From Tubiluchus corallicola (Eukaryota > Animalia > Priapulida), in NCBI GenBank assembly GCA_030141605.1, contig JAQGDQ010000559.1:77266-141265 (forward strand): DNA of 64,000 bases, written 5' to 3'. Positions 58,790 to 64,000 of the stretch are shown one piece after another. Below the pieces are notes generated by a model that saw only the letters and a program-made list of their open reading frames with translations, searched no databases and was not told the origin of the DNA. The first letter of the stretch is position 1. The number at the start of each line of letters is the position of its first letter. Both the position numbers and the translations under genes were made by a program.

Positions 58790-59225
58790 TGTATACAGTA
58801 TAAAGCGGTTCTACTAAACACTCTGGTTGCATTCGTACCGCCATCTATGAACCTAATATATACAGTTTCTTTCAGTGTGATGTACAGTATAAAGCAGTTC
58901 TAATGCACACAACTCTGGTTGCATTAGTGCCGCCATCTATGAACCTAATATATACAGTTTCTTTCAGTGATGTGTACAGTATAAAGAAGTTCTAATGTAC
59001 ACAACTCTGGTTGCTTTATAATAGTGACGCTATGTATGAACCTAATATATTCAGTTTCTTTCAGTGTGGTGTACAGTATAAAGCAGTTCTAATGTACACC
59101 ACTCTGGTTGCATTAGTGCCGCCATCTATGAACCTAATATATACAGTTTCTTTCAGTGTGGTGTACAGTATAAAGCAGTTCTAATATACACAACTCTTGT
59201 TGCATTAGAGGTCGCCATCTGTGAA
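58790..59225. repeat. About 90-bp tandem repeat x5
   Basis: tacagtataaagcagttctaat...actctggttgcattagtgccgccatctatgaacctaatatatacagtttctttcagtg recurs. Confidence 0.9.
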
Positions 59226-59610
59226 CCTGAAATATTCATACAGTGAAAGATGAAAGTTTAATTTGTGCGCGTGGTAATGACTAATCAGTCTTAAGAGAAA
59301 TTCGAGGCACCAGTGAAAAAACACAAGATAACAATTCTTGTACTTTTGAACTTTAGGGTAAGGTTTATACGCAGATAAATTAATTATCACACGCCATATT
59401 ATTACTTAAAATAATTTGCAGACGTACAGCAGGCATTTCAAAACCAGGATGAGAGTCGAAATAGTTATTATGATTACCCTACTTTTGTGTGGTACTTATG
59501 GTAAGTATAGAAACTGCAGAAAAACAAATTAATAATCTAGTTAGTATTAAGTTAAAATGCCTATAGTTGGGATGTCTCAAAGTCTTTATAGAGTTTACTC
59601 TTGAAGTTTG

Positions 59611-59685
<75 letters not shown>

Positions 59686-60516
59686 GAGTTTCATTATTAA
59701 AGTGCTCACAAATAATTATTTTTATTGCTCAAGTTATATCGTGCACATGGTATAAATAATTTAAGTAACTAAAGGAAACTCGAACTCCATCTTAAATTGT
59801 AGGTAAAAACGCTCTATAAAATATTGAAAGGGAACATACTGTTATTCCAAAATTCCTTTAGTGTAAACTATGGTATGATTTTTTCTTGCTGCTTTTTACT
59901 TTACACCACAAATGATTGTAGTTTCTCATCTGATTAGTACACCACAAACAGTTTAAGTGTATTTTGCGTTTGTATATGCAACTTCTTATTTGATTGAAAT
60001 TGTACGTCATTATTACAGATTGTTTAACGAGTGTTATTTGACAGTTCTGATGTTTGTTCTGCTTCATGTTCTGCGCTAAATTAGTGGTTGCGTTAAAATC
60101 TAAAAAAATTAATTTCTTCTCTTTTTTTATTAACCTGAAGAACAGCACAGTGGTGTACTACTAAAATTGTGGCTGTTTTTTATTTCTCTGTTGAACAATT
60201 TTTATTAATTGCCAAATTATTGTCATTAAGAGGCAATTGTCATTACCAAGAGGTAATTATTATCGTTGAGAATTAGTGTAAATTGAAGAATTCTAAGCTT
60301 TTAAAAAGACCAAATTATTCTCGAATTATTAGTCCCCTGAACATTAAATGGCAGATCCAAAAATCTGATATAGTGTGTAGATGTGAAAATGATACCTTCG
60401 TCTCCATCTTGAATTCATGCAAAACCACTGGCAGAGTTTTATTCCTTTTTCTAAAACGACGTTGCTGCCGTCATCTTGAATTCAAAATGGATGATCGCAA
60501 ATCCAACTACGTCAGT

Positions 60517-60668
<152 letters not shown>

Positions 60669-60749
60669 AGAAAGAGAGAGAGAGAATTCTTCTTCTTCTT
60701 TCACGCTTTATTCTTATCAAATCATTCTGCAGTATTTTCCTCGTCTCAC

Positions 60750-61442
60750 ACTTCACACAGTGAGCTTCGGGTGGATCGCTAATTACTGAACATACTTCAT
60801 CATTTCTACATGGATTGTTATTCGGTGAACATGGATTCAGGTGTTCGCAGTAATCTCCAGTATAATCTTCACTACAAGTGCAAGCAATTCCTGTTGAGTT
60901 GGCTTCTGATGGTGTACATGTTCCATTATTCTTGCATAAATCTGTACCGTTATAGCATGGGTTCAGGAAGGCGCAGTTATTCCCTGAATATTCGGGTTGG
61001 CACTGACATTGGTACGTAGCAGACTGTCCATCTATTATGTATTGACATGTTCCTCCATTTTCGCAAAGAACATCGCCAGAACGGCACGGGTTGATGACGT
61101 CACACAGTGGACCCATCCAACCAGACACACACCAGCAGTAAAATGGGGTATAGGCAGAATCACATGTGCCGCCATTTTGACAGGGGTTTGGAGCACACTG
61201 ATTGGCTAGATTTTCACAGTTTTCTCCTTCGTAACCTTCAACGCATGCGCAGTTATAGGCAGGTGGATCTCCATCTATCAGCTCACAAGTTCCTCCATTC
61301 AGACATGGGTCATTACTTGGTGAACAGGGATTTGTGTATTGACAATCATGTCCTGTATAATCTTCACCACATGTGCACTCATAGGTAAACGTCTTCCCTT
61401 CGATTAGATTGCATGTTCCGCCATTTTGGCATTGATCACAAG
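60750..61442 (-). CDS. EGF-repeat exon (5 complete plus 1 partial EGF domain)
   Basis: Repeated C-x-NGGTC...CxC---Y-G--C; the phase-1 acceptor matches the Ig exon; probable donor T|GTGAGA at 60749. Confidence 0.92.
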
Positions 61443-62837
61443 CTACAAATAGTAAAAATCTGCATAACTACCACGAAACTCAAGTGCCTCTTAAAAGTAA
61501 AAAAATTGCTATAAGAATTTAAGTGTTTGAACTTATTATAATGAAAGAATCGTGGAAAAGGATAGAAAAGTAAACATAATTATTGATAAAATTAATAAAA
61601 AAATTTGCAGTTATTAAATTACACATTATGACATTATTAGTAGTAATTAATAATATTTAATAAGTAATAAAAAAAAAATGTAAAGTAAGCAATTGTTATG
61701 AAACGTAAAAAATGAATAAATGGACAAAAACACCAGATTAATAGGTACCATATAATTCAAAGGAAAAGAATTTAAAGATGGCAAAGAAATCGTAAAAAAT
61801 GCTGTTTGGTGTTTTATAAAAATCCAGCAGATTCGTGTAAATTATTCTCAGATGAAATTTGAGAATATTGTTTGGATGTCAAAACTATGGCAGCCTAATG
61901 TCTGGTATACAAGTGGATTTATACTGCTTTTCAGAAATCTTCCTCTCTTTACATATCACGGTAGAATTACAAAGCAGAATATTCTTAGAACATTAAATAC
62001 TTTATTTTTACTGTAGCTGTTACTCTAAACATCCATCATAGACATTGAGCCTCTTTATTAGAGCACTCTACTGTTTCCCGTCTGCTATTGAAATTTTCAA
62101 CTCCCGTGATGCTATTGCAATGTTTGGTTTCAGCTGTTGTAAATCTTTATTGATTATTGATATCCAAGTTGTTTTTTGTTTGCCTGAAGGTCGTTTTGTA
62201 GCTTAAACTTCCCTCTAATCTTACTGTACTTACTTGCTTCTGAATGGCCCTTTACATTAATAGTGTTCTAGTTTTCTGTATTCAAGCTGTGTAAGGCAGG
62301 TCTACCATGAACATTTAGACCTGTAGGCTAGCCAGGCTATTTGTTCTGTTGTGTTTTAGTATAGCTGCTTAATATAATTGCTCGTGATTTGTTAATAATT
62401 ATGTAATTTGAATCTGTGATTGTACAGATATAATGTATCTTTTTCTTAGGTGAAAGTGTCATGGTTCGTGCCTATTGAATTTTTTTCTATAGATTTGAAC
62501 TGTTTCTTATTTGCATTTTTCTCAGTTAATCAGATTATGTGTTCAAGTTGTTTTTGGTTTGTCTTTAGGCCATTTAGTAGATTTCAGTGCCTCGTTTAAT
62601 GCTAATCTTATTGGTTTTGATTCTGGCATCTCATTAAATGTCTTACCCATCTTATTCTGATTATAGTGCTCTAAAGATTTTCTTTGGTTCTATTAAATAT
62701 CCACGTCTTTCAAATCGGAATTTAAGAAGAGTAGTCTAAACCGATACATTCCAATGTTGGTCCCAGCAAAGGATAATAACAACTACTAAGTATTTTACTG
62801 AAGTTTTGTTGTGAATAAGAAAATCAAACCATCTTAC

Positions 62838-63060
62838 TTGCTATAGTTATGACGGCTCTTTGAGAATCGTACATTTCTGGCAAAAGCTCTTCCAGAGCAG
62901 CAATTTGACAATACCACTCTCCCTCGTCCTCAAAAGTAGCGCCACTAATTCTCAGGCTGCATTCGTTCGTACTTATACACTCCTCAGCGCTACCGGCAAC
63001 CCAGTCATATCTGGGATACAAGTCAGTGAAAATATTTACAAAATTCCTGTACCATTTAAC
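62838..63060 (-). CDS. Immunoglobulin-domain exon of an Ig/EGF protein
   Basis: VKWYR...CSLRISGATFEDEGEWYCQ shows the Ig W and L-I---D-G-Y/W-C signature; acceptor ttttttcAG, donor A|GTAAG phase 1. Confidence 0.9.
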
Positions 63061-63784
63061 CTGAAAAAAGTACAATTTATTATACACTCATGTTTCATCA
63101 AAGTCTATTGTAGACCTTCAAAATTTTACAAGAACTAAAACCATTATTATATCCAAATCTGTGCCAAACACTGAAACACTCGGATGGCACAAACGTATTT
63201 ACCAGGTGGTTAACTAGCCTCTAGACTAGACTGCCAAGTTTTGAAAGAGCCACACTTTGAGGGCCCAGTGTTAACAAAATCTTACTGTGCTCGAAAAATG
63301 TGCATTCAAACTTTTGTTAAAACATGTTTCATTTAGCTTACCGCAAGGAAACCTGAACCCAGCAAAGATAGTCCCTGCAACTTTGTAATGCTGTACGCTT
63401 ATAAATGTGTATTCATACCTATCTATGCAAAGAAAAATGTAATGACCTTTATAGTCTCAAAGATTATGATATTTATTCAAGTAACTTCACCCTAACAGGC
63501 ATCTTTATTAGCCTAGTTATCTTACCTAAAGTAACAGATAAAATATAAAACAGTATGTACCAATGCAAGAACATTAAAAACAATATTGTAGCTAAACCAC
63601 GTTTAAAGTTCTTTCACTGGTACGTACTGTTATAACATTTATCTGTTATTTTCAGGTGATGAGGCCCGCTAGGGAGAAAGGTCCTGCATAAATATAATAA
63701 TTTTTCAGACTATAAAGGGTATTAGGGTATTCTCTGTTAATGATGACAAGTCTCAGAAGAGCTCTCCCTCTCCCTCCCTCCTTC

Positions 63785-63876
<92 letters not shown>

Positions 63877-64000
63877 ACTGACGTAGTTGGATTTTCAATC
63901 ATCCATTTTGAATTCAAGATGACGGCAGCAACGTAGTTTTAGACAAAAGCCTAAAACTCTGCCAGTGGTTTTGCATGAATTCAAGATGGAGACGAAGGTA

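Noticed and set aside
63342-63422. Possible upstream exon of the Ig/EGF gene
   Set aside because: Its only open frame ends in phase 1, but the Ig exon needs phase 0.

Overview
AT-rich, repeat-dense, intron-rich animal (invertebrate-like) genomic DNA; most ORF-track entries are microsatellite or satellite artefacts. Genes were assembled by eye from GT-AG exons with matching phases. (1) The 5' part of a Tousled-like kinase gene lies on the minus strand (9 exons, 15832 down to 586; the kinase domain is beyond the left edge). (2) The main discovery is a 10-exon plus-strand gene (ATG 26185 to TAA 37113, about 661 aa) encoding a prodomain-less, degenerate caspase-fold domain fused to two tandem STING ligand-binding domains with no transmembrane segment: a candidate soluble cyclic-dinucleotide-gated caspase/pseudo-caspase. 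(3) A single-exon Pro/Tyr-rich tail-anchored protein (45948-46742). (4) An intronless secreted Cys-rich/poly-Thr protein with furin-type sites (55821-57392). (5) Two exons of an Ig + EGF-repeat gene on the minus strand (63060-60750). The rest is tRNA- and 5S-derived SINEs, RTE/RTEX/Penelope fragments, TTAA-targeting MITEs, minisatellites and microsatellites. No database searches were possible: homology calls are motif recognition from memory and novelty claims need checking.
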